A stretch of DNA of 64,000 bases from Octopus vulgaris (Eukaryota). Positions 40,191 to 54,889 of the stretch are shown in pieces. Below the pieces are notes generated by a model, which was not told the origin of the DNA, ran no database searches, and saw nothing but the letters and a program-made list of their open reading frames with translations. The position numbers and the translations under genes were made by a program. How positions within the stretch are numbered: position 1 is the first letter of the stretch; each line of letters opens with the position of its first letter. Location: the NCBI GenBank assembly GCA_951406725.2, contig OX597823.1, positions 75,020,001 to 75,084,000 of the forward strand. Direction: 5' to 3'.

Positions 40191-42417
40191 GATAACATAT
40201 AATAGCACGCACACACACACACACACGAACACACGAACACGCACGCATACACACACACACACACATATACATATATACCTATCTATAAGCATATGTATAC
40301 TCCTTTGGACTAAGTTTCTATATAACATTTGTAGAATTGCGATCTGAAGCTTCGACAGCGGACCCATTGATGCGCTTCTATTGCTACGTTAGATGGCAGA
40401 ACACATAAGAGAGATGCCAGTGGGGAACTACGCCAGGACAGAGAGCAGCATCTGATGCACTTTGTATTCATTATTGGGTTTCTGCAAATCCAGTTAAATG
40501 AGTTGCAGTAATAATGGAGCAAGTAATATTCTTATAGTTTTCAGTGTGAATGTTAATCTTTTGTTTGTATGGATTGCTATTAGTAGTGTTGATAATCTTT
40601 ATCGTCTTTAGTTACAGGGAAGTCTTGGAATGTTGATTCTATATCAATGTCTTGCATAAATTCGAAAGACAAGTTCTCTTTCAATATACCATATAATATT
40701 TTGAATTTGCAATTTATTCAATTTGCTGTTTATGTAAATACGCTGACTGGGTTTTGTTTAGCGTCATATTACACTTAGTAATATTTTCTGGAATATGTTG
40801 CTGTTCCAACTAGGATTGTTATAATCCTTGTTGAAAAATGTTTTATTTTTGCCACACTATATTTTTATAGAATAATGATGCCGTATCCATCCTTTCACAC
40901 ATTAATGCATTTATAGAAAGGTGTCCATATTTTTTTGAACGCGACGCTTTTACAAATTACGTTACATACTGACACCTTTCGTGTAGGCATGGAAATTGCA
41001 TTTTTATTGAATTATAGAAGGAAAATTGGTGCGGTTGAAGCTGGACGCAAAATATAGTTGTGGAATAAACCCCAGTAGCAGCGGCTACATATTTCGCTCA
41101 GACAAAGACCTGACGAAATGTCTGATCAGAATCGAAGGCGCAGAAGTGAAAAGGGGTCACGTCAATCTTTTAAATAAACTAAAGTTTAAATATTCAACGG
41201 CTTGAGAATTTTGCAGAGGCCTGGGGCAACTATATATTATATTATCATATTCGACAACCGAATGTACTAGTGCCGGTATGTGCTTAAAAGCTGTTGGATT
41301 TGATAGCATAAATAAGCAGTTAGAAACATTGACTGAGGTGTCAGCCTTACACGTTCCTCCTAGGTGGGACCATCCTTTGTCCTATCTGTTTAAATAGAAT
41401 TGTCAGATTTTACTCGTTGAGATGATCCAATCATTGACCTTTGTGGTTAGATTCTAAGATTGTTAATACGTATTCTCTTATCACATTTTTAACTGTACAT
41501 AACGTATGAACATGTTGATGGTTCTCGCATGATACAATGTATTGTATACCAATATGAACTAAGCTTTCGTTGATATATCAAGAGAATTATCCATCAGCTA
41601 CAAAGAAAATTAATAATTAATATTCTATATTAAATGCGCCCTAAACGAGACAATATACAGATCTGCCTATCTCCTACCGTGCTTGAAAAAAAGCATTTGT
41701 GTTCTCTGAGAAGTCATTCGAATCCACGATGTGTATTTAAAAGAAAGCTTTAAAAGAAAAATCTTGCCTATTGATTAACAACAAAAAGAATGGGACAAAA
41801 TTCAGTCAACAGAGATTATGCAGTATTATTGCAATTCTTTATCAGAATGAATTGTTTCCACAGTTAAATGCAATGCAGATTCATGGCAACTGGTGTTATA
41901 TGAAGACATGTTCAGATTTAACCAACAAATAAGACAAATCTTGTCAATTTTTTTTTCATTTTGTTAACATTTTGATCTTACAAGCACGCAGAACAAATTC
42001 TTAGAGCATATTATAATCAATATTGGTCTCATTGAAATTGTGTTTTAATTTTAACGTCACGTTCAATACGTATTTTAATACACTTGTACATCTTCCGGAG
42101 CTTGCCATGTTTTGAATCTGATGTGTAACGTATTTCAATTCAGTGCGGATCCAGGAATTTAACAATTCTTTTCAATAGAGTATTAGATACCATTCACAAT
42201 TAAATACCTAAGACGGAAAGAAAAAAATGATTACAATAGTTTAGTTAATATTCCATATTGCTCTGCTTCCGACTGCAGTTTCATTGACGATGCATTTATG
42301 GAATGAGATCGTAATTTACAATAATAACCATTTTGTTAAAACAGCTTTAAATTGTATACATGTGATATTTATCTTTGATATGTTAACAATTTACCTTCTT
42401 AATATTAAATTCACCTA

Positions 42418-42805
42418 CATTTCGTCCGTCATCATGTTCTGAGATCAAACTCAGCCTGGTTTGACTTTGCCTTTCATCCTTTTCGAAACAATAACTACTA
42501 ATTCACTAGAAGTCGATTTAATCCACACGTCACTTTCAGCAAAATAGCTGACCTTGTGCCAAAATTTGAAACTAGTATTATATTTAGCTATAAGGCGTCG
42601 AGCTGGCAGATTTGTGAGCATCGTGGGCAAAATGCTTAGTGGCATGTCATCCGTCGTTACATTCTGATTTCAAATTCCGCCGAGATCGGATTTACCATTC
42701 ATATTATTGAATCGATAAAAAAGGTACCATTTGAACTCTGAGGTTCACATAATTCACTGAACCACTCACAATTTTGTTTGCCTTGTGCCAAAATCTGAAA
42801 CCAAT
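42418..42805 (+). mobile_element. Two tandem degenerate SINE family B copies (42418-42570, 42594-42805)
   Basis: ttgactttgcctttcatccttttcg; ggcgtcgagctggcaga..ttcaaattccgccgag; both end in ccttgtgccaaaa.ttgaaac. Confidence 0.75.
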
Positions 42806-43499
42806 ATTGTATTCAAACTAGGTATAATATTACCTCTGGTAGCTCGCATGTTTTAGGTGCTATTCAAAAACTGTCACCAATCAGTCCTCAAAACTCTTAA
42901 CCGAGTGCGTCACTGATTGTCTGTTTCCGAATTTCTTGTTCTCCATGTATATCAATTCCCTTGCGTTAAAATTGCCTTCTCTGAAAATTAAAATAAGTTC
43001 GTCTACAAATTCAATAATATCTTATCACAAATGTTTCAAATTCGAATATAACTGCTTGGTTAGTTAGTTACCATTCAAATGGTATTGTTTAGGATGTAAC
43101 ACCACTTCAAGAATTTATGAAAACTATGAGTATATAATTCTGCATTAGGACTTCTTCATGCGTTCCTCTTTCTTGCCTAAAATTGCACGTTAACATTTGT
43201 AGGCGTTGCTAATATTAGTTTAGCACATTACGACATTGCCTAAAATCGCCATCATTAGCGCATACGTAATTCCATTTCTCTTTGGTTTAAGCTTTATGTG
43301 CCTTGCAAGAATTGTTTTCTCTGCTACAATATAACTGAGATTTATTTTCCTTATATTCATAGCTGTATCAATTATTTGTTGCCGTTATAAATTATACCAA
43401 AATGAACTATAATTCAATGAAAAGAAAATCTATCATGGTAGTTATCGTCCGAGATCACTCGAAATCCATTAAATAACGATCCTAATGATTTGCAGTAAC

Positions 43500-43690
43500 A
43501 GCGTGATCATGATAATGATCATGATTATCATGATCATCATCATCGTCGTTGTAGTCGTCATCGCCATTATCATCATCATCGTCGTTGTCGTCGTCATAGC
43601 ATTATCAACAATATATTCATTATCGTCATAACTGTCATCATCATCATCATCAACGTTGCCGGTCTGGTCATCATCGTAATCATCACCTGC
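43500..43690. repeat. Degenerate (ATC)/(GTC)n trinucleotide tract
   Basis: Read directly. Confidence 0.9.
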
Positions 43691-43699
43691 AAAATTAGA

Positions 43700-45410
43700 A
43701 ATTATTTTCCCTCAACTGATGCATATTGTTCGGAGAGACACAAATTCGACTGTGCCTCCGGCAGTGTTTCATGTGTAAAATTCTGTGTGCAGAGTCCATA
43801 AAGGACTGTTAGAGCAGAGATTAGGTAAAGCTGATACTGCTCGCAATATTGAATTTCAGAGATTCTGCTAATGCAATTTTTTTAGTATTTTCTCAGTATT
43901 TCCAAATCACTTTTTATCATAAGCTCGACTACTAATTGCATTAAGCACATTCAGTTACTATTTTTTATGCTTCATTATACTTTGCTAATTTCTTCATTAC
44001 ACGGAGAAATCGATTCTGGTGTGTAGGAGAGTTACTTCGTTTAAAGAGTACGCGTCCTCCCGAAATCTTTGGAATTATGTTTCCGATTAAAATTGAAATG
44101 ATGATTCAGCCATATTGTCATTCTGTGTCATAATTCTTTCTCGTGTATAATTTGATAACAACTGATTTCTGATATGTTTTCCTCGTATTAGCATAAACCA
44201 ATTGTCTTCACCATTAACAACAACATCGTGATAACCAGCCACATTGAACAGGTGTTGTAGAGTGATATTACACTTCGACAGAGCTTCCGACCATGTTGGT
44301 TTAAAAATAAATGAGGTGCTTTGAGAATACAACTTACAAAAATCAAGAATTTACGTAGAGTATGAGTTACTTTTGGACACTATGTTTTGATCTTCTGGCT
44401 TTTTGCCGTGAACCTCTGTTTTAACTGCTCGATTACTGCACCAAACCGTACTTCCTTGTTTTATATTTCTCCTCTAATTTCTGTAGGTTGGTCTTTTCCC
44501 CATTTTCCCAGTTTCCTGTTAACCATTGCTCAATTTTTCTTAGATCTTGCATTGCCGGCATTTTTTTGTTCTCTTAAGTTATAATTTCTCTTCAACAAGT
44601 AGTGTAATAGCTCGGAGAGGATACCTTGTTTGTGATACATCCACCGTCTGTGGGCATGATATGGCAGTATTTATCTTTTGTGTTACATTATTTATCATAA
44701 ACTTATCTTCTCTTCTCATTTTTATGGGGATTTTTTCTTCTGAAGCATTCATCAAGTCGGTAAATCGCATTTGAATATCAAGCAATTCCTTATTTAGTTG
44801 ATTCATTACCCTTACATGTCCACCCAGCACAGTATCAGTGTTCACTGTATAACGATCCTGTTCCTCATCCTTAACATCCCATCACGATCTGCATGTTCCT
44901 CATGTCTACTTTTCTCTCTGCTTCCAAATACCACATCTCTGTTTTCATTTCCGACCATCCTTTGTAGCCTATCCGCAAGGTCTCTCAGACTCTCACCAAT
45001 CTGAGACATTTCTACTCCAGTTAAGTAACCGTTCCTCCTAATCACTTTCACTTGGTTCATTAGTTTAGTTTCTGGCATTGGTCACATGTCCTTTTCCATC
45101 CAAAACTTCAAGGTACGTCGGCCTATACTGCGACGTATTTCCATCTTTGTACTTTAATGACATTCAATAAGTTTATCGTACTCGTCCTTCGTCCACTTAT
45201 GTCTGTTTATGCGCACACCGTGTATTTGAACTCCTGTGTCATAAGGACCGTCTGAGACCAGGTCACTGCCCCTGATGCAGGCGGTTTCGGACATGCCGGG
45301 GGGAAAACCTTGATCATGACAAGCTATAGCTTCATTTTCGCCGTTAATGCTTTCATTGTTGTGTTGCATCATGATGAGATGAATCGTTCGTGAGGTCCTC
45401 ACAAGAGTTG
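43700..45410 (-). mobile_element. Internally deleted R4/Dong-like LINE (N-terminal region joined to decayed C-terminal/3' region)
   Basis: RHKWTKDEYDKLIECH (Myb-like), ETKLMNQVKVIRRNGYLTGVEMSQI and KLEEKYKTRKYGL match R4/Dong N-terminal patterns. A DVVV..W relic near 44200-44230 resembles the RLE region; the 3' side ends near a trinucleotide tract. Confidence 0.65.
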
Positions 45411-45839
45411 TTATTGATGTCTCATCACTCTCTTCCTCTCTTTATTTGTATATAGTCGTGCCCATACATGTACATACACATCTATATAAATAAGGTGTTT
45501 CTATTGAGTCGCCTTCATAATCACATTGATTATCATGGTTAAAATCGTTCTACCTATAGCATTTAAAAATATGAGTAATAAAATGCGGCCCGGTATATTG
45601 CAGCAGATCTCCGTCACTATTTACCAAATATTCGGCAAGCGTTCTCATTTCACTCCTTATAGAATGGTCTATACTAATTAGTCCTCTGACACCATTCTTT
45701 CTTTTCATATAGAGCCTGTTTACGTTTGCAGATAATGTTATACTATCTGTTGCGGTCCATGCATGAATGGTAGTCCAGGGATCATTCTCAGCTACTTTTT
45801 AGTAATTCTGAATAATAATTGGATGGGAACGATCCCGGG

Positions 45840-46058
<219 letters not shown>

Positions 46059-46059
<1 letters not shown>

Positions 46060-46292
46060 TGATTGTCTTTGCACAGCTTCTAACGCTGTCAGCTGTTCAC
46101 TGCCAGTGAATTAAGGTAACACCCAATATTTTTCGAGCACCATCCGGGGTATTCGAGCGACTCTAAGCAGTGCTGTTTGCTTCAAGTGCTTCGCTCTTAT
46201 TGCAGCCCCCTATATGTTCCATGAATTTCTCAAGATTTTTGTTCACTGTTCACAGGGCTCCGACAATTATTTGTACCACTACCACCTTCCAA
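46059..46292 (-). mobile_element. 5'-truncated 3' end of an R4/Dong-like LINE running into (TAA)n
   Basis: KVVVVQIIVGAL*TVNKNLEKFMEHIG..KHLKQTALLRVARIPRMVLE matches the RLE C-terminus (P-I-I-V-G-A-L-G..Q-K-x-A-L-L-G-T-A-R-I-L-R); a short 3' UTR then (TAA)n follows. Confidence 0.85.
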
Positions 46293-47960
46293 AGACTCCC
46301 TGAATATTGTCCTCTACCGAGCAATTTTTTTGCATTGTAAGTGGAAACCTAGTTCCTAATTCAGTGAGAATGGTCGTGGTACAAATTATAGTCCTTTGCC
46401 AATGCACCGGAATGTAAACCTAATTAAGTATATTATAATCATATACATCAACACCATCACTATGAATTATACACAGATTGGTAGAAAAACGATTTTCAAC
46501 ATACAATTAATTAAAAGTTAAGGAATTATGAATGAGACATTAAGAATGTGTAACTTTATGAAAGAGAACTGGAGACTATACATTTTTATACTTCATAAAC
46601 GAAAAGAAGTGTATAACTTTATTAAAATATTGGAATATTGTGACGCACCATAATCTTTGTTATTCTTCTGAAATGAGGTTGGAACATGTCGAAAACCGAA
46701 TTCCAACAGATATATGTATGTTATAAAATGATCCTTATGCGAGTTTATAGTACATTTTGATTGAATTTCTACAATTCAGGAATCATTAAAGCAGTGTTTA
46801 CAATAATATTTTTGCCAATATCAGATCAGAAAATCCATATACGTGTCAGCAGAAAATCCAAATACTTTTTTTTATATAGGACACTACAAATGCAAGTATG
46901 TATAAATATGCATACACATTAACACATTTTCTTCTGAAAAACCGCATCAATGCATGTAAGTGGGTGAGTGTCATTTTAGTGTAAGTGTGTGTGTGGAAAT
47001 CGCTACATGTTTCTTTTTATGATCAGTTCGGTATTCATCGTCACAGATTTCCTTAAGTGATTTTCTGTATATTTACTTTGCAAATATATTTCCACATTGC
47101 TTAATGTTTTTCACAGTGTATTTGATCAGGCAATTTAAAAGGAAATCATGCAAAAAGCTATTTATCTCATGCAGTATTTTGAATTAAGCTAACACATAAT
47201 ATTATAATCCGTAATATTGCTCATTTAATATAAATATCATAAAGACAGTTCGAGGATATATGCACGTGTAACATGTATACAATTCAAACGCTGTATTTCA
47301 GATCTCATAATAGTAAATAGACTGATTATATACGAAACCTATTCATATGCTTTTGTTTATCAGATATTGAACATGGATGTTTGATCTTAAAAAAAAAAAA
47401 GAAACCAAAACAAGAATTTGTATTTTCTTTAATTCAGTAACATTTCTACCTTGGTAATACCAGATTTATCAGCTCATACAATATGATACTGGGTGCCAGA
47501 AGTTCTTCTGCTTTCCTCATGCTGACATAAACCCGTCATATCTATATTAAGATTTGTATCCGACGCAACTTTATTACAGTAATACGTATTTCAAATTTTT
47601 ACCTCAAGCGTAATACTTTTGCTTTTAGACCTCTTGAATAACAATTATTTATGTGTTAATAATTCAGAAGCAGAGAATATAACACTGCGAAATATAACGT
47701 TTTAAACTGAATTATTCGTCACTGAAATCTATGAGAAGACAAAAGAATAAGTTTCAATGCTATATTTTACGTATCCTCAGTTGCAGCCTGTCTGTGTGCA
47801 TGTATCGAAAACAACGAATAATGATATTATCATCTTTGTTTAGTTGATACAGAATGTGTGATGATAGCGTATATGGGAAGGCCTTTCTAAATGTGTATAA
47901 AGTGCAGGGGCAGAAATCTTGGTAAAAGAAAGTCATATATTTCGTGGACAATTACGTACA

Positions 47961-48380
47961 GCCTATTTCTTTACTATCAGCAAGGAGCTAAACACAGAGA
48001 GAACAAACAAGGACAGACAAACGGATTAAGTCGATTATATCGATCCCAGTGAGTAACTGGTACTTAATTTATCGACCCCGAAATGATGAAAGGCAAAGTC
48101 GACCTCGGCGGAATGTGAACTCAGAACGTAACGGCAGACGAAATACCTATTTCTTTACTACCCACAATGGGCTAAACATAGAGCGGAAAAACAAGGACAG
48201 ACAAACGGATGAAGTCGATTATATCGACCCCAGTGCGTAACTGGTACTTATTTAATCGACCCCGAAAGGATGAAAGGCAAAGTCGACCTCGGCAGAATTT
48301 GAACTCAGAACGTAACGGCAGACAAAATACGGCTACGCATTTCGCCCGGCGTGCTAACGTTTCTGCCAGCTCACCGCCTT
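47961..48380 (-). mobile_element. Dimeric SINE family B with 12-bp TSD
   Basis: Same dimer junction as 10182-10605; TSD caattacgtaca at 47949-47960 and 48381-48392. Confidence 0.9.
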
Positions 48381-48500
48381 CAATTACGTACAACCAATGA
48401 GAAAAACATGTAGTGAGATCCCAATCAGATACTCAGTATCAAACATTGTCGCTGATGTAGAAATCGGGCATGCAAACAGAGAAGAAAATAAAAAATTGAA

Positions 48501-48905
48501 CGCAGGAGTGGCTGTGTGGTAAGTAGCTTGCTTGCTGACCACATGGTTCCGGGTTCAGTCCCACTGCGTGGCACCTTGGGTTAGTGTCTTCTACTACAGC
48601 CTCGGGCCGACCATAGCCTTGTGAGTGGATTTCGCAGACAGAAACTGAAAGTAGCCCGTCGTATATATATATATGTGTGTGCGTGTATGTTTGTGTGTCT
48701 CTGTTTGTCCCCCTAGCATTGTTTGACAACCGATGCTAGTGTGTTTATGCCCCCGTCACTTAGCAGTTCGGCAAAAAAACCGATAGAATAAGTACTAGGC
48801 TTACAAAGAATAAGTCCTGGGGTCGAAATGCTCGACTAAAGGCGGTGCTCCAGCATGGCCGCAGTCAACTGACTGAAACAAGTAAAAGAGTAAAGAGTAA
48901 AGAGA
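48501..48905 (+). mobile_element. Full-length SINE family A
   Basis: Aligns end to end with 28906-29310. Confidence 0.9.
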
Positions 48906-49469
48906 GTTCATATTACATGCTGAATTCCACATATGACGATGAAGTTTGAGAGGTAAGAAATTTAAGATTATTAAATATACGGTAAAAGTACACTGGTGAG
49001 AGTTGAAAACATATGGTCTACTTCTATACTAAAGCGACGTGAAATTTGTAAACTAATGCAGAAATAGTTACGTACAGCAAATCTTCACAGAAAATATATT
49101 CCCACTCCATGTGATACTGCCAATTTGTCAGCATATCTTTCGACAAACATATGATACGTCGGTGTTCATTACTTATGAGCCATAAACGCATCTTAATGAA
49201 TCGATGCTTCAAGCGAACCCTATCCTCTGATGATATTTTTTTTTCTTTGACAATGTAATTATGGCTGCATGTGAACACAAAATACTTCAAAGCAATCTCA
49301 GAAGTTACTAAATATGCACATGTAAGAAACTAATACTGCAGTTTACCGTATACGCCAAACAAATATATACACAAACAAATGATGTTCAGGAATGCAGATA
49401 CACAAATAACCATACATGTAGTTATGCATCTATATGCATTTATGCGTGTATCGTAGGCACACAGATACA

Positions 49470-49478
49470 CATACACAG

Positions 49479-49552
<74 letters not shown>

Positions 49553-49640
49553 ATATGTATACATATACATATATACATACATACATATATATATAAAGAT
49601 ATATACATATATATATATATATATATATTTGTATATATAT
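49470..49640. repeat. (TA)n/(TACA)n microsatellite
   Basis: Read directly. Confidence 0.95.
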
Positions 49641-49869
49641 GACTAAAAGTATATTTATATATATTCTATAAGTACATGTGTAGGTATGTATACATACGTA
49701 TACACATTGACATATAATGTTGTTTTTAAGTGAATAACAGCATGATACATACTTGATAGATACATAGCTACCTAATTAGAAGTGCAAAATCATAAGTATA
49801 TATGCCATCCATAATTATATTTAGACATTTCCTCCCATTCTCCGTATTATTATTACCTATGATATTATT

Positions 49870-49916
49870 TTTAGCACCATCGTCATCATCATGATTATCA
49901 TTATCCTTTCTATTAC

Positions 49917-49947
<31 letters not shown>

Positions 49948-50070
49948 GTTGCTGTTGTTGTTGTTGTTGTTGTTGTTGTGGCTGTTGCTGTTGTTTTTGC
50001 TGTTGGTGTTGTTGTTGATGTTATTCTTCTAATTATTATTTATCATCATTATTATTACGACCATCATCAT
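49870..50070. repeat. (ATT)n/(GTT)n compound microsatellite
   Basis: Read directly. Confidence 0.95.
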
Positions 50071-50479
50071 TTAATCAGTAATACTCCGAGGACGATTTTG
50101 TAAAGCTATCACCTAGTTAGTTGAAGTCAGAGAGGCGGGTACAGAAAGAGATAAATATTAGAGCTGAGGCCTAGAAAAATGGAACTCTATTATGGTATAA
50201 GTTTAATAATTAATTGGTAATGACAAAAAAGATGAAAAAGAATGTATCAGGCGCACAGAGAGATGCTGTAATTTTGATGGAGTAAAGCTTGAGAGAGAGA
50301 GAGAGAGAGAAATAAAGAAAGATAGAAAGAAAGAAAGTGTGTGTGTTTATTGTAATTGCACCTTCAATGTGGATATTTACACGATCTCTAAAATCGAAAG
50401 ACTCTGAAAACTATAAAATTCTTTAGATTCTGCAAGCAAGGCAATCCAAGGTAGGTTATGAAAGTCCAAGAAGACATTA

Positions 50480-51085
50480 AAAAAACTACAGAAATGAAAA
50501 AAATGCACTTTAAATTGAAGGTAGTCAATACCTATTGGGGGTCCAAATTTTCAGGATGAAAATGTTGAGAGGTCTCCATCAGGGTATAGCACAGGAGCTA
50601 GATGAGTGCTTGCGGGAAGGCGTAGTACTCAGCTGGGTGGGTGACAAAGAGAAAGACATTGTTGTGTGCCAAGGATACCGAAAAGGGAAATGCTGCATCC
50701 AAATTCAGACCAATAACATGCCGCCTGCTAATGTGAAAACTAAGGTCAGATGCTTTGGCCGGAGACTTGTACAGATACTTGAAAAATGTGGGTTGCTACC
50801 CATTGAACAGAAATGGTAGCAAAAATGAGCCGCTGATCGAAGTAGCAGCTCTTAAATGATAAATTAATTATCAGGCACTGCAAGAGAAGACATACAAACA
50901 CGAGCATAGCCTGGGTTGACAATCGGAAAGCAAAGGATATGGTATCACACTCCTGGATAATAAGAACAGTGGAAATGTATGGAGTAGCAGTAAATATGAG
51001 AAGCCTTATATGGAATACCATGAAATGCTGGACAACCGAATTAACAGCTGGGAGCCACGTATTAGGAGGGGTGAAAATAAAGCTG
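50480..51085 (+). mobile_element. R4/Dong-like LINE RT N-terminal fragment
   Basis: Frameshifted pieces GVQIFRMKML.GLHQGIAQELDECL; KDTEKGNAASKFRPITCRL; LEKCGLLPIEQK; QLLNDKLIIRHCKRRHTNTSIAWVDNRKAKDMVSHSWIIRTVEMYGVA. Confidence 0.85.
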
Positions 51086-51509
51086 TAGCAAGTGAACACC
51101 AAATATATAGGGCGTGTTTTCATTGGCTAAACTGTCAACTTGACCGTCCCCAAATACAACAATATATATTTCAACACACGAATTCACATCAAGAATTTTG
51201 TAAAACGTATCGTAACACAGGTAATTCTTTTGTTTCGGTTGCTGTTGCTCTTTTCGCTATATATTCCTATGAGCAGTCATACGCTCACACGCAATCGTAT
51301 GAGAGAAAATACATAATTTCAGACATATTATAGATATACATTAGTTAATGTATTCTCCTTTTAAAACTATGAGTAATGATTTTAACAATACTTTCTAAAT
51401 ATTTTTTGCTGAAAATCCACTGCTTATAGAATGTAAATTTCGCATACTTCTTTATATATTATGGAAAATTCATATGTAGGCATATGAGTAGAAGTCTTTT
51501 ATAAACCTA

Positions 51510-51586
<77 letters not shown>

Positions 51587-52357
51587 CAAGCATATTTGAG
51601 TGTGTGTGTGTATCTGTGTGTACTTAACTTCAGCAATCACACAACGAAATATGTTCAGTTTTCAATTACTTTTTGGGAGAGAAACGTTTGCCTCACGATA
51701 TTACGCAGAAAACAATATGTGCTTCATAATGTATAATATATATATATATATTTGTATTTTAAATTATGTAAGGCTTTTCATGCAATAATCAACATATCAA
51801 ATAAATAAAATAAAATATAAGACAAGTAAATCAATAAAATGTTTCCGAAAGGATGTTATACATAAATGCATACTTCTTTACTCACAATATTAAATACTTG
51901 AACATCTACAAAAACGTGAGTTTTTCAGCATGTGTTTGTCTGTGTGTTTGTATGTGTGTGTGCGTGTGTGTGCGTGTGTGTGTGTATGCGTGCGAGCAGG
52001 TGGGTATCTACGTGATTATGCCGGTTGGGATGTGCTTGTGAGTGAAAGCTTCCTTGACTCTATTTTACAAATATTAATTCACACCGTTTGCAATATTGCT
52101 ATTTTGTAACATAGAAAACAAATCAAACAGAAATAAGTAGCACGGATAGAATGGACAGAGAGATATAAACAGCATCAAATTACTGAAAGATAAACAAATA
52201 TGATGGCCTTAAGTGTAAAAGAATAAAAATACTAAACATAGAAATTATAATAACTCTTATAGTTTGAGAGAAACTTTCAAAAATACACGTTTATATGTTT
52301 AATTCTCTATATGCTTATTTTCGTAAGCAAACAGGCAATATAAAATAGTGAAATGAG

Positions 52358-52358
<1 letters not shown>

Positions 52359-52438
<80 letters not shown>

Positions 52439-52462
52439 CCTCTATACACACACACACACACG

Positions 52463-52537
<75 letters not shown>
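52359..52537. repeat. (TATC)n, (CA)n and (TA)n compound microsatellite
   Basis: Read directly. Confidence 0.97.
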
Positions 52538-52539
<2 letters not shown>

Positions 52540-53489
52540 AAAGAATTTGTATTTGTATGTCCGTATACTCCTTATGCATTCGGAAACTGAATTTCCGATT
52601 TTGACGTATGTACTATTAAAAATTCAGTAATCTTTCGTTTACTAAATAAACTTTTTCTTCGGCTACATATTTTCTACGTTACCTCAACAGCCAGCTTTAA
52701 TTATTTGAAAGATACTGCACTACAACGACCAGGTTCCATTCTAAAGCGAAACTAGTTTCACACGAAAATAGTTTTCCACGGAGAAAAAGAAACAGAGAGA
52801 ACGAATCTTTAAGACTTTTCTTCTTTTTTTCCGTAAAAAAAGACTAAAATCTTCCCAGACAACCACCCAACACCTCAACACTTCCAAAAAGCTTCAAACT
52901 CCCAACGTTTAATCTGTAGCTTTTTGGAAAACGGGTAAGTTTCTTCAAACATCATGTTTCTAATATGTCGGGTCTTCTGGATGTGGTCCGGCGTTTTTTA
53001 CGTCTTCTGTTCCAGTACAATTCTACGCATGCGTGAAACATCAGAAAAAAAGTGAAACATTGTGAAGTTTTAGCTTCTTGAAAGCAAGTAGGTGATGGTA
53101 GGGTGAGGTGGTGGAAGGAGAACTGAGTATTTCTTGAAGAAAAATTAAAATTTAAAAAAGAAATATATATTTTCCAGATTTGTAATCTCTGTATATTTGT
53201 ATTTGGATGGAAAACGAAAAAAATCGAAAAACGTTACAAAGAAATTGCGGTGCGGACACATAAACGTTTCGAAAAGGTTATTTCTGGGAATAATCATATT
53301 GACCCCCTTTTATATCATGAAACAATACATAGTGTATGAATTATCTTAAGAACAGTAAACATTTTCATTCAAACCCATGCTAATTTTACCATTCCCTTCA
53401 CTTTTGAATAAACAATAACTTACATTACAACCGTAATCCAGTTCACTATACATCAGCGGTGCCGATCCTCCCCATAAGAAAGGAACAAA

Positions 53490-53820
53490 CAGTCTTTTCT
53501 ACTCTAGGCACAAGGGCCGACATTTTTGAGTAGATCGACCCCAGTGCGCAACTGGTACTTAATTTATCGACCCCGAATTGGTGATAAGCAAAGTCGACCT
53601 AGGCGGAATTTGAACTCAGGACGTGAATTCAGACGAAATACCGTTAAGCATTTCATCCGGAGTTCTAAAGTTTCTTATTTCTTTATTAACCAATAGTAGG
53701 GACAAACAAGGACAGAAAAAAGGGATTAAGTCGACGACATCGACCCCAGTGTGTAACTGAAAATTAATTTATCGACCACGAAGTGATGAAAGGCAAAGTC
53801 GACCTCGGCGGATTTTGACT
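53490..53820 (-). mobile_element. Two nested or adjacent partial SINE family B copies
   Basis: atcgaccccagtg..aatttatcgacc..aaagtcgacct.ggcgga occurs twice. Confidence 0.8.
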
Positions 53821-53924
53821 ATTTATTTATTACTTTTTTCCTCCCCTTCTTCTTTGTCTTCTTCCTCATTTGATAGTATAAATATTACTATTACTTTTCG
53901 CGTTATTGGTAGCACACTGGAAAC

Positions 53925-54095
53925 ATATTTAGGCGTCATTTCGTCCGTTGTCTTAGCAATGTAAATGCAAATTCCGCAGACGTCGACTTTGCGTGTCACC
54001 CTTTCATAAAAGAAGTACGTGTGTATGACTGCGGACGCTAAATCGACGTCCCCTTCCATTTAAACACTGCTGGCCCTGTGCCAACATTTGAAACT
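53925..54095 (+). mobile_element. Degenerate SINE family B copy, inverted relative to 53490-53820
   Basis: atttcgtccgttgtc..aaattccgcagacgtcgactttgc..tggccctgtgccaacatttgaaac. Confidence 0.55.
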
Positions 54096-54845
54096 AAAAT
54101 TGATTTTTGTTGTTCTTTTTAATATTTATTTTCGTTATTATTTATGTATGCCTGGCAGATCTTGAATAGCTGAAGTTTTGGAAATCACTTGTATTTTACT
54201 TAATGGGAGATGTTTTCTTATTCTTCAGTTATGTGCACTTCGACGATATATACCAAGTATGATTAAGTATGAGTCAGAAACTTGTTTGGCTCACATCACT
54301 GGTAGCTATTTTACGAATATACCCAACCGGATTTACCATCCTGAATCTTAGTCAATAGTGTGTAAAGAGAAGAAATATAATCTCCCATAGAAAGAGACAT
54401 TGGAAAGACATTGGAAAGACAAAAAGGAAACATGCTTTGGTAAATCTAAATGTGATGTTTTCTCTCTTGATTTAAAAAAAAAACTATGGGCATTACAACT
54501 AGTATGACTTCACTGGACTAATTGAGAGTATGTAACATCATAAAAGGAATATCCAAAACTGCAAAACTAATGCGATTAAGAATAACAATAACAAGTGAAG
54601 AAGAATAACATCTAAAAGTTTGAGGATGATATAATACTGAGTGATGAGACAAAAGAAAACGAACTGGGTATTTTGCAACATGTTTACAAGATAAATGGAA
54701 GAAATCAAATAGACATTCTTTATAATACTGTTGACATCACGACGCTTTATCTTTCGAAGAAAATAACATCCACAAGACATAAGAACATTAATTTGAAGAT
54801 GTATGTCTGGAGCAAGTGGGAAACTGGAAACCAACTAGGTATATC

Positions 54846-54889
<44 letters not shown>

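Noticed and set aside
41075-41135. Minus-strand CTGATCA..GAAATATGTA resembling an HHR
   Set aside because: The core is mismatched and stem I does not pair.
54570-54850. ORF ending in (TAA)n, possibly an R4/Dong N-terminal fragment
   Set aside because: No diagnostic motif; only the TAA adjacency is suggestive.
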